From a phage, in the NCBI GenBank assembly GCA_029220445.1, contig GCA_029220445.1_3666.1: a stretch of DNA of 64,000 nucleotides; one strand, 5' to 3'. Shown here piece by piece: positions 55,267-64,000 of the stretch (its first letter is position 1; every line of letters begins with the position of its first letter). The translations under genes and the position numbers were made by a program. The notes under the pieces are model-generated. The model saw only the letters and a program-made list of their open reading frames with translations, had not been told where the DNA came from and ran no database searches.

Positions 55267-56270
55267 TGGCAGAGTACAGACGTAGAACATGGCGATTATT
55301 GTTTGGTCGTCCGGTAGGGCATGGTGGTAAATCAAAAACCAATATCCCAAAATCTGTTGAAAAGAAAGGGGAGAGTGATTCCGGAGTTTATGAAGTTAGC
55401 TCAGACACTGGTGCTGCCAATATAGAGTTTGACATACAAAAGGACAATACCAAAGAGCCAAACAAAGGTTATGTGACAGTTTACAACCTGTCTGACGATA
55501 CAGTTAACTATCTGGATATGCATCAGGCTGATGCCCTTGCAGTTATGTTTGAGGCTGGCTATGATGATGAGAACCAGTTAATATTCTCCGGAACTGTGGA
55601 GTTTGTTGAAGACAGATGGGAAGGTCCGACCAGAAAAACTAAGTTCATCTTCGGGGATGGCACTGAGAACATCATTAAGTGCCAAAGCACAAGATCTTAT
55701 CAGAAAGGCACACCTCTGAACTCTGTGCTTAATGACCTGCTGAAGGATATGAACTTGCCAAAAGGTAGGGTTGTTGGTTTTGGAAACCAGACTTTGCAAT
55801 ACTCTATGGCTTTCTCTGGAAACACTGCAGAGAACCTCCGCAGGTTTGCAAGGCTGACCAACTCCACATTTAGCGTTCAGGATGGGGCTTTGTATTGGAC
55901 CAAGGTTGGAAAAAGGTTCAAAGACTCTGTGTTTGAAATAAGTGCAGAGTCTGGGATGCACGGATCTCCTACCCCTAAAAACCCAGAACCTGCTAAAAAA
56001 CGAAAAGCTAAAGCTGCTGCCAAAGGTGGTTCGACATCTAAAAAGAAAAAGAAAAACCCGAGAGAGGATGTTGGCCTTACTGTAACCACATGCCTTAACG
56101 GAGCTATCCTCCCAGAGTCCACTATTTATCTTAAAAGCAAGCAATATACAGGATTCTATAAGGTGATCACGGTGCATCATAAGGGCACCATAGAAGGAGG
56201 TGATTACACTACAGAGCTTGGCCTTGGGGAAACAGTGGGTGGAGTTGTTGACAAAACTGAGGAGGTATAA
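55266..56270 (+). CDS. tail or baseplate protein
   Basis: 334-aa ORF with a lysine-rich low-complexity insert. Confidence 0.5.
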   Translation: MAEYRRRTWRLLFGRPVGHGGKSKTNIPKSVEKKGESDSGVYEVSSDTGAANIEFDIQKDNTKEPNKGYVTVYNLSDDTVNYLDMHQADALAVMFEAGYDDENQLIFSGTVEFVEDRWEGPTRKTKFIFGDGTENIIKCQSTRSYQKGTPLNSVLNDLLKDMNLPKGRVVGFGNQTLQYSMAFSGNTAENLRRFARLTNSTFSVQDGALYWTKVGKRFKDSVFEISAESGMHGSPTPKNPEPAKKRKAKAAAKGGSTSKKKKKNPREDVGLTVTTCLNGAILPESTIYLKSKQYTGFYKVITVHHKGTIEGGDYTTELGLGETVGGVVDKTEEV

Positions 56271-56947
56271 TGGCAATAAATAGGAAAGATGCTGCTGTAA
56301 GATCCTTTATAGAAAAAATAATGAGGGACTACCACACCAGTATCAGGGCCAGAGTTGTCAGTGTTGACTACAGTATACCTTCTGCAGCCGTGCAGCCAAT
56401 AGCTGAAACTACGTTTGATGACGGAGATGTGGAGAGATACCCTCTTATCTATGACGTTCCAATTCAGGTGATGTCTGCAAACAGCGGAAAGGCAAGGTTA
56501 ACACTTCCTATTAAGGCTGGAGATGTTGTAGGATTACAGTTTTCAGAGAGAAATGAAAACAATAACGACGATCAACAAACTCACGGCCTGTTTCCAGGGT
56601 GGGCAATCACCTCTGTCCATTCAGACTCAAACGCTTTACAGATCGATCCTGATAACGTAGAGTTATGGAATGATAGGGTTTATTTTAAACTGACACCTTC
56701 TGGAGATTTTGAGCTTCAAACACCTGGTGGGACACTACGGTGCGACAGCAGCGGGGAGTTCTCTTTTACTAACGGGGCTGCCAATTTGCGAGCTGCTGTG
56801 GATGGAAATATCAGAATGAATGGTGCCACAATAGACCCGTCTGGTAGAATTATAACTGCTGCAGGTGTGGATTTGGATTCATTCTATGCAGAATATAAAG
56901 GTCATACCCACTCTTGCCCTGATGGCGAGACAAGTGGACCGCACTAA
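56270..56947 (+). CDS. baseplate or tail protein
   Basis: 225-aa ORF; start overlaps previous stop. Confidence 0.5.
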   Translation: MAINRKDAAVRSFIEKIMRDYHTSIRARVVSVDYSIPSAAVQPIAETTFDDGDVERYPLIYDVPIQVMSANSGKARLTLPIKAGDVVGLQFSERNENNNDDQQTHGLFPGWAITSVHSDSNALQIDPDNVELWNDRVYFKLTPSGDFELQTPGGTLRCDSSGEFSFTNGAANLRAAVDGNIRMNGATIDPSGRIITAAGVDLDSFYAEYKGHTHSCPDGETSGPH

Positions 56948-56959
56948 TAGAGGGCTTTC

Positions 56960-57676
56960 ATGGCTACGCTTTATAGTGATATATTGATGGACCCACAGAC
57001 AGGCGATTTGGCGATAGACAAAGGTCTTGAGTTGATAGATTCAAACCAGGTAAGTCTGCGCCAGCGCTTGTGGATGAGGTTTAATACGTGGAAGGGGAGC
57101 TGGTACTTTGACGAGTTGTTTGGCTTCCCTTATATGGACTTTCTCAGTAAGAAGGTCATGAAGACTGTTCTTGATAACAAGATTATGGAAGTGGCAAGAC
57201 AAGAGCCGGATGTGCTAAACATCATAAACTTCCAGTCTACCATGGATCGAAGATCGAGAACATACCAAGCGTTCTTTGAGGTTGTTACCAAAGAGAACGA
57301 GATTGTAAGGCTGGCTTTCGTAGGTCTTGATCAGTTCACCTACCCACAGCCTGATTCTGGGACAACCTCTCTCTGTGATGATGAGGGTTGGATTAAGTGG
57401 GCTAATAAACTGTACTATCTGATCAACTTCAGATTGCCTAGAACCGGAGATGCCACATGGTGGAACCAGTATGCTGGTCCTGAGATGGAAAACCCGATCC
57501 CTGTAGGCTCTCTGTTGACTCAGGATAAAGATCTGCTGATGACTGAGGCAGAACAAACCATTAACCGCAATACCTGGACGCTTGCTCCAGATGAGCGCGA
57601 ATACTCTGGTGTTATTGCTACCTCCAATGATGAGGCTATTGCCAACCAGTCTGGTCGTGCTATTGATGTTAACTAA
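56960..57676 (+). CDS. baseplate or tail protein
   Basis: 238-aa ORF. Confidence 0.45.
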   Translation: MATLYSDILMDPQTGDLAIDKGLELIDSNQVSLRQRLWMRFNTWKGSWYFDELFGFPYMDFLSKKVMKTVLDNKIMEVARQEPDVLNIINFQSTMDRRSRTYQAFFEVVTKENEIVRLAFVGLDQFTYPQPDSGTTSLCDDEGWIKWANKLYYLINFRLPRTGDATWWNQYAGPEMENPIPVGSLLTQDKDLLMTEAEQTINRNTWTLAPDEREYSGVIATSNDEAIANQSGRAIDVN

Positions 57677-57685
57677 GGAGAAATC

Positions 57686-58354
57686 ATGGCTGTAGCTTAT
57701 CCTACAATACCAATTCCAGATCTTGAAGATGCAGAAACAGTCCTGAGTGATGACTTCTTGGTTGTCAACCAGACTGATGGGACAAGAAAGGCTAAGATTG
57801 ACGATGTTGTCAACGATCTTAGTATTACTAAGATAGTCTATTTCACAGAGGGTGGTTATCTTAAGAGCAAGAAGGACTTTGCTTATGACCCAGAGACTAA
57901 GCGCTACTACACGTGGAACGGGGATTATCCTAAAATAATCCTCCCAGACTCCACTGTAGAGGGTGCTGGGGGCGTGTCTGCAAATGCATGGTCTGTTTTT
58001 GGTGAGCTTGCTGCAACTTCTTCTGGCAGAATAGTTGATTACGGATCTATCGGCGGTCAGCTTGATATGGATCTTGAAGTTGCGGATACCTTTAAGGTTC
58101 GACTAACTTCAAATACCACAATCTCTTTTGAAAATCAAACAGAAGGTCTTGAAGGGGTGGCGAGAACTATAACCGTATGCATTACTCAGACCTCTGGCGG
58201 CAACAAAGTCTATTGGCCTGGTAATGTTAAATGGTCCTACGGAAGAGATCCTATCCTAACATTTACAGCTGGTGCAACAGATATTTTCAAGTTGGAAACC
58301 TACGACAACGGGTTAACTTGGTACGGGGCACTGATTATCGCAGGAGCTATCTAA
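57686..58354 (+). CDS. tail protein
   Basis: 222-aa ORF; N-terminus MAVAYPTIPIPDLEDAETV resembles the N-terminus of the downstream fiber (MADIKVVRIESLPATTAVT). Confidence 0.45.
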   Translation: MAVAYPTIPIPDLEDAETVLSDDFLVVNQTDGTRKAKIDDVVNDLSITKIVYFTEGGYLKSKKDFAYDPETKRYYTWNGDYPKIILPDSTVEGAGGVSANAWSVFGELAATSSGRIVDYGSIGGQLDMDLEVADTFKVRLTSNTTISFENQTEGLEGVARTITVCITQTSGGNKVYWPGNVKWSYGRDPILTFTAGATDIFKLETYDNGLTWYGALIIAGAI

Positions 58355-58355
58355 G

Positions 58356-60953
58356 ATGCGTATTCAACATAACATTGATAACGTATTTCAGATGATTGAG
58401 GGGCACAGGAAGTGCCTCGATAACAACACAGGTATTACCAACACCCCTATACAAAATAAGCTAGTAAACCCGGATGGTCTTATAGCTGCAGGGTGGGCAG
58501 GTAATAAGATAAATAATGATTGGGCAATGCATGAGTCCCAAGCTGTGTTGATTCTGGGATACATTGAAGCATACAGGGCATCGAAAAGCGATTTCTATCT
58601 GGATAGGGCAAAAGATGCTTGGGAAGCTTACAATAGCCATCTTCTGGGTGCATATGCAGTAGAAAGTAAAATGCAAAGATTGTCCCACTACCCTCTATCC
58701 ACAGATGGGGTTCCATCACATGGTGGGTTTAAAGATGTGGTGGTGTCTTTTACCAACGGTAGAGGAAAAATCCCAGCTGGATCTCCGACATGGGGGGAAT
58801 ACCTTGACAAGGCATTCCAAGCGTATAACGGTGTGTTAGGAAGAAACACTGTAGACTCTGATGTTTACGGTGGCACAGATGCTAACCCAGATTGGACAAC
58901 ATCCGGATTAAGTTGGTGGGTTGAGTGGTACATAGCATGGGATGGTAACCGCTATTGGGCTAACGGTAGCATAGCCGACAGTGGTCATACGTCTGTAGAG
59001 TTCGGCACAATCCAATTACAAGATAAGGGTGTTACAGGCAGCCACAAGGTGACCTATTGTGTAAGATTACCTCAAGAGCAGGGCGGATCGGTGATACCTG
59101 CAGGATCCCCTGTAATTGTAAATCCTATAAACGTGGTTGCAGATAATCAGGCCCCAGAGTTGGACGGGGAAGAAATGTGGTGTGACGCTTGTTATCAACT
59201 CTACACCTTGACAGGTGAGGAAAAGTATTACACCGCGTTTGAACAGTCTTACAACAAATTGCTTAATTTCAGTGATATAAACGCCTACGACAAACTGTTT
59301 AGGAAGACCACGTTGATTAAGGCACCGTTTACAGATGGTACTTGCCTTGTTGCAGGAACAGTTCCTGCCATGAGCAGGGACAGTGACGGGTATATCAATT
59401 TTAGAATGAACGCACGCCAGCCTTGCGAAATAATTCAAAAAGGGACTACATACAAAATAGGCAGAGATGCTGAAATTGTTATGAATTTCGGAGGAGAAGG
59501 GGTTCTGTTCCAGCCACATTTCATCCTTAATGATGGCAACAATAACAAAAAACAGTACAGGATAGGGGTTCCTTTTGGAGGGGCAGAGGTAACAGAAATA
59601 GTTGCCAAGGTTACTGATTTCGTAGAGGTAGTTGGTAAAGACGGTAATCCGTATCTCTTACCTAAAGAGGAAAACATTGCCGTAAGCGGTGGCGCGAGTG
59701 TCAGTATGCAGTACGATACCGACATTTACAACCACTCTGACAACTTCACCCGTTGTAATATAGCAAGAGGTAAAGTAACTTTCAATTTTGGAAGAGAGAT
59801 TTCTTTAAACTCAGTAACTTATCGATCAGATGATGAGATGGTAAGGGTCAAATTTCTTGACAAAGATAGGTGGTTATGGTATGCTGATCTATATGCCACT
59901 AATGGACAATGGATAACAGAAACTCTTACTCTAGGAGACTTCAAACTAGATCCGACACAACCTCATCACACCGAAGAAGAGATTAAACCTTTCTTTGCTA
60001 ATCCTAAGGGGCTCACCTCTGTAGATTTCAGCCTAAGCGACAGACAGATAGGTAATGGCTTGTTTGATCTGTACTGCGTAAACACGCTGCCGCAGTTCTA
60101 TATTGCAGATAGGGATGCTTATCTAATATGGTTTAGCGTATGGATGGCAAGCAAGACAGAATCAACCGCTAAGGTTGGTGATTGCTATGTCAGAAACTAC
60201 AAGCAAGGTGCATACAGGCACACACCGGGTGTGTTCCCTGCCGGAAAGGTGATAGATAAGGAAAACTATCTCTTAGAGGAAAAGCCAAATTGGCCCTACC
60301 CTGGCATGCAATACCCAGCAGTATACTGCATGGGTGCAGAAAACATAGATCGCCATAGATTGTCAAATACAATAGGCTTTCTGTATGACGCTCAAGTCTG
60401 GTATAATAATACATTTAAGACAGAGGGTCCAGTTGCCTCGCGTTATGTATGGCAGAGAGGTAATGAAGGGCTGACTGGTTGGTGGGAGATGGTAGATAAC
60501 TCTAAGCTCCAGTCAAGATCTTTTGTTGCTGCGTGCCGCACAATATATGAGCTCAAGAAACATAAAGAACCTGTTGATGAAAGACTATTCCTGTTCTGCC
60601 AGAAATGGGCATGGTTCCTCAATAGATTCCAGTCATCTCATTCAGGAAATCTACCTACAGACTTTAACACCTCTGGGGGATATTCTTATCAGGACAGAGG
60701 AGACAGGATGTGGGTGGTAGGTGAATGGCTTGCAGGTTGCTGCTGGCTAGGTCTGTGCGGGTATTCAGAGACAATACCTCAAATAGACATTGTTGTAGAA
60801 GCCTGTATGAAGCTACTGCAAAAGCACCACTTCATCAATGGGGATAATGTTTTAAACGGCTGCTGGGCAGTTTCTGATCCGGTGGGCTATCACTCTGGCG
60901 AAATCCTTCGCGGTCTGGGCCTTTATGCTCAATACCGTGGATTGTACCTTTAA
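58356..60953 (+). CDS. large tail protein, possibly enzymatic (depolymerase-like)
   Basis: 865 aa, Trp/Tyr-rich, precedes the tail fiber. Confidence 0.55.
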   Translation: MRIQHNIDNVFQMIEGHRKCLDNNTGITNTPIQNKLVNPDGLIAAGWAGNKINNDWAMHESQAVLILGYIEAYRASKSDFYLDRAKDAWEAYNSHLLGAYAVESKMQRLSHYPLSTDGVPSHGGFKDVVVSFTNGRGKIPAGSPTWGEYLDKAFQAYNGVLGRNTVDSDVYGGTDANPDWTTSGLSWWVEWYIAWDGNRYWANGSIADSGHTSVEFGTIQLQDKGVTGSHKVTYCVRLPQEQGGSVIPAGSPVIVNPINVVADNQAPELDGEEMWCDACYQLYTLTGEEKYYTAFEQSYNKLLNFSDINAYDKLFRKTTLIKAPFTDGTCLVAGTVPAMSRDSDGYINFRMNARQPCEIIQKGTTYKIGRDAEIVMNFGGEGVLFQPHFILNDGNNNKKQYRIGVPFGGAEVTEIVAKVTDFVEVVGKDGNPYLLPKEENIAVSGGASVSMQYDTDIYNHSDNFTRCNIARGKVTFNFGREISLNSVTYRSDDEMVRVKFLDKDRWLWYADLYATNGQWITETLTLGDFKLDPTQPHHTEEEIKPFFANPKGLTSVDFSLSDRQIGNGLFDLYCVNTLPQFYIADRDAYLIWFSVWMASKTESTAKVGDCYVRNYKQGAYRHTPGVFPAGKVIDKENYLLEEKPNWPYPGMQYPAVYCMGAENIDRHRLSNTIGFLYDAQVWYNNTFKTEGPVASRYVWQRGNEGLTGWWEMVDNSKLQSRSFVAACRTIYELKKHKEPVDERLFLFCQKWAWFLNRFQSSHSGNLPTDFNTSGGYSYQDRGDRMWVVGEWLAGCCWLGLCGYSETIPQIDIVVEACMKLLQKHHFINGDNVLNGCWAVSDPVGYHSGEILRGLGLYAQYRGLYL

Positions 60954-60957
60954 CATA

Positions 60958-60977
60958 GGGGGCTGTTTGCCCCCTTT
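60958..60977 (+). terminator. hairpin, weak putative terminator
   Basis: GGGGGC-TGTTT-GCCCCC followed by only TTT. Confidence 0.35.
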
Positions 60978-60988
60978 CAGGAGAAAGA

Positions 60989-63900
60989 ATGGCTGATATT
61001 AAAGTTGTCAGAATCGAATCTCTTCCTGCCACTACCGCAGTGACAGAGGATGATTACCTGGTTGTTCAACAACCAGACCTGACCCGTCGTGTAAAAATTG
61101 GCGATGTTGTCCATGTGGATGGGACTGTTTCTCATGTAATCTCCTTTAAGGAAGGTGGTAAGTTAAACGGCCCAATGGATTTTGCCTACTTCGAAGAGGA
61201 AGACCTCTACCTGCGTTGGAAAGGCGAATTTCCACACACTGTTCCTGCACTATCTTCACCGTACTCCGATGGTGGGATTACTGACGCTGCATGGATGGTA
61301 TATACTGACCCGTCCCTAAGGGAGGAGCTGGAATCTACCATTGGCGCATCTATGATCATGACAGCTGAAGGGCAGTCTGTCCAGGATGTAATGGATGTTA
61401 CTGTTCAGACAGCTAACGATGCTAAAGCCCTTGCACAGCGTGTAGATTTTGGTACGGTGCACACTGTAGGTGATGTTATTCACCTTGATAACTTTGTGGG
61501 TCCTGCAGTTATTGAAGAGGGAAGAACCACCAACTACCCTTCTGTAGCAGCTGGTGAAAAATTTCTGAACGGTGTGGTATCTCGTCGTGATACTACAACT
61601 ATTGATGGTATTTTCCGTGGAGCTACCTCCGGAGCTATGTATACCATCGCAGTAACCAACGGTGTAGCGACAACAAAAAGAATAGCACTTCGTGATGAAT
61701 TTAAACGCCTGGAGGCAAACAACCCAACAAGAACAGTTATCCGTGCTGGAGATGATTTAAACACGGCAGGGTACTTGCAGCTTGATGCAACAGGCCGTTG
61801 GGGTATGTGGAACCAACAAACAGCCTCGTGGCAACCTCTTGCTATAGAGCAAGGCGGTACAGGGGCCAGAGATGCCGCTGGAGTCCGTATCAATATCGGG
61901 GCTTTCTATAAGCAACGTGCAGCCCTTGAGCCAAATTTCAATATCAATAACTTGACTGGTAATCAGGATGGTGTATACTACCAGCCAATGACTGCTTATG
62001 CAACTGAGGCAAATGGTTACCCTGCAGGTTCTGGTGCTGGTCACTTGATTGTTTGGCAGAACAATGCTAACGGAGGTACAGGTTGTCGTCAGGAATACTA
62101 TCCATTCTCTAACGTAGATGTTTGGTATTTGAGAACCTATCAGGCCAACACAAATCAGTGGACTGCATGGCAGCCGATGGTCAGACCTCGTAACGATGAT
62201 ACCTTCAGATCTCATATTGGCCTTGGTAAAAACAACTCGCCAGCCTTCGGGCACCTTTACTTAGCTCAATACTCTGGAGATGTTAAATCGGCCTCAGGTA
62301 TTCTCCATGGAGATAAATATAACACCGATGGTGTTCTTGAGCATGGCTATAGGATCTACTCTGAGGTAAGAAACGACAATAAGGCTTGGCTGACAATCCA
62401 CCTGCACAAAGGTGCAAAAGGATCTGAAACTCATAAATATTTAGGTTTCCGCGAAGACGGCGTATTAGACTGCCCTAAATATATGCAGGTTGGGGATCTT
62501 ACTGGTCAGCTGACAAACTGGGGTCTTGGAGAATGGATTCGTAGTTCAGGAGCAGAAAGAGGCTTCTGGGGGTCCAAGAAAGCCGCCAAGATGGTTATCT
62601 GGGATGGTGGGATGGACGAATCCGGTAACGGCACTCTGGAATGGGGTGTTTATAACAACCGGAAGGCCAAGTGGGAACCTCTACCTCAAGCCGCAGGTGG
62701 CACTGGGGCTACAACTTTAGCAGATGCTCAGAATCTGTTCAAAGTTCCTATAGCAGCAGGTGTGAAAGACTTCTTAACACTGCCAAGAACCGCAGGGATG
62801 GAAGATGGGAAATACTACCCGATCATCGTTAGAACAGATCCGTACTATGCTCCAGCAACTGGTACTGATATTACCATAGTTACCAGATCGTCATCTGGAA
62901 ATGACCCTATGAACTGTGCTACCTTACAGTGTCACTATAGAACTGGTGGTTGGACAGACAGAGGAGACTCTTTCTACGGGGTAGTAAATTTCTACCAGAA
63001 TGAAAAAGCACTTCTTGGGATGGTTGCTCCAACAAGGGGTAAACAAGAATATGTTGCTTTCTATGCAGAGGCGCGTGCTTTCCCTGTCAGCATATACGCA
63101 AGTAGAAATGTTGTCGAGGTGTTTACCAGGGAGCAAGATTACCAGGTTGGCTCTGTAACAGACAATCAGGACGGTGTTAAGTTCGTTGCACCTCTCCAGT
63201 CAGCAGATTTAAATCTGGCTGTTCTCGGAGATAACAATACCAACACCAGACCTATTGTTGACTTCAAAGGTACCTCTGGGTTCTACACTGGCGGCGGCAC
63301 ACAGTGGCACTATATAGGCACTGCTGAACGCTATGCGATAATGAGCAAAATGAACATGCCTAAAGTAGAGCTATGGGCTGACGGTTTTGACTATTTGTGC
63401 TACAGTGGTCCTAGAAAGGCGCTATTCTCTAACGCAGGATTCCAGTGTGCATCAGATGGAACAGAGGATCTAACTAACGGCACGTTTACCTCTAAATGCG
63501 GTAATGGTGCTGGCCTTAAAGGTCAAGCAGAGTTCAGGTCTACTCCAGAGGCTGGTCAAGTTATTGTTCGAGATGTTGTGGGCACAGCTCATAGATTCTA
63601 CAACTTCAATAAGGATGGTACTTTTTCAGCCCCAGGTGGTTTTGTATGTCATACTGGTGGAGACTGGAACAACCAGTTCGGGCCTAATAACCCGTCAAAA
63701 ATAATGGCTGGTAATGTTAACGGTCCACAAGATACCATGGTTGTAGGCGGGTTATCTGTAGGATTCTCGGGAAACTACGCTTTCCAGATTGCTGGCAGAC
63801 AAAGTAACTTATACACCAGGTCTATAGAAGGTGGTAATCACCATCCCTGGAATAAGGCTATGCAACACAGGGGTCAAGGTCTTGGTTCTTCAGACCTTAA

Positions 63901-64000
63901 CACCTATCACGGATTGTGGGAAGGTATTTACCATCAGCCTGTAAATAATGATGCAACATATGATCGTCATTATCCCGTAAATGAGGCCGGAACACTTATT
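60989..64000 (+). CDS. tail fiber protein (3' end beyond window)
   Basis: ATG at 60989 after AGGAGAAAG; frame read by eye stays open to the window end (over 1000 codons); Gly/Thr/Asn-rich with a GGTGA...RINIGA stretch. Confidence 0.65.
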   Translation, partial: MADIKVVRIESLPATTAVTEDDYLVVQQPDLTRRVKIGDVVHVDGTVSHVISFKEGGKLNGPMDFAYFEEEDLYLRWKGEFPHTVPALSSPYSDGGITDAAWMVYTDPSLREELESTIGASMIMTAEGQSVQDVMDVTVQTANDAKALAQRVDFGTVHTVGDVIHLDNFVGPAVIEEGRTTNYPSVAAGEKFLNGVVSRRDTTTIDGIFRGATSGAMYTIAVTNGVATTKRIALRDEFKRLEANNPTRTVIRAGDDLNTAGYLQLDATGRWGMWNQQTASWQPLAIEQGGTGARDAAGVRINIGAFYKQRAALEPNFNINNLTGNQDGVYYQPMTAYATEANGYPAGSGAGHLIVWQNNANGGTGCRQEYYPFSNVDVWYLRTYQANTNQWTAWQPMVRPRNDDTFRSHIGLGKNNSPAFGHLYLAQYSGDVKSASGILHGDKYNTDGVLEHGYRIYSEVRNDNKAWLTIHLHKGAKGSETHKYLGFREDGVLDCPKYMQVGDLTGQLTNWGLGEWIRSSGAERGFWGSKKAAKMVIWDGGMDESGNGTLEWGVYNNRKAKWEPLPQAAGGTGATTLADAQNLFKVPIAAGVKDFLTLPRTAGMEDGKYYPIIVRTDPYYAPATGTDITIVTRSSSGNDPMNCATLQCHYRTGGWTDRGDSFYGVVNFYQNEKALLGMVAPTRGKQEYVAFYAEARAFPVSIYASRNVVEVFTREQDYQVGSVTDNQDGVKFVAPLQSADLNLAVLGDNNTNTRPIVDFKGTSGFYTGGGTQWHYIGTAERYAIMSKMNMPKVELWADGFDYLCYSGPRKALFSNAGFQCASDGTEDLTNGTFTSKCGNGAGLKGQAEFRSTPEAGQVIVRDVVGTAHRFYNFNKDGTFSAPGGFVCHTGGDWNNQFGPNNPSKIMAGNVNGPQDTMVVGGLSVGFSGNYAFQIAGRQSNLYTRSIEGGNHHPWNKAMQHRGQGLGSSDLNTYHGLWEGIYHQPVNNDATYDRHYPVNEAGTLI

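Overview
This window reads as a contiguous piece of a large virulent tailed phage (Caudoviricetes) genome, with no integrase, attachment site, CRISPR array or host housekeeping genes. All calls rest on reading the translations and sequence by eye; no database search or folding program was run. Positions 1-33525 are a dense block of minus-strand early and nucleotide-metabolism genes: a ribosome hibernation factor homolog, a ClpP-like peptidase, PhoH, aerobic and anaerobic ribonucleotide reductases (nrdA, nrdB, nrdD, nrdG) with a glutaredoxin, ThyX, a dNMP kinase, a HAD nucleotidase, two DNA methyltransferases, several nucleases (FEN, EndoVII-like, RuvC-like, DEDDh, HNH), a lambda-R-type endolysin, an ATP-dependent DNA ligase, a Sir2 homolog and an Rnl2-like RNA ligase. 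At 33526-33625 transcription switches to the plus strand: a polynucleotide kinase and metallophosphatase, a winged-helix protein, an array of four phased palindromic operators, two GC-rich ORF-free islands, a cluster of six tRNAs plus one aberrant tRNA-like element, a spanin pair, and then the morphogenesis module (large terminase through a truncated tail fiber) with a -1 frameshift in the tail chaperone. The most unusual signals are the operator array next to the ORF-free islands, the RNA-repair triad beside Sir2, the phage-encoded HPF, and a family of small proteins sharing an acidic C-terminal motif with the ClpP-like protein.
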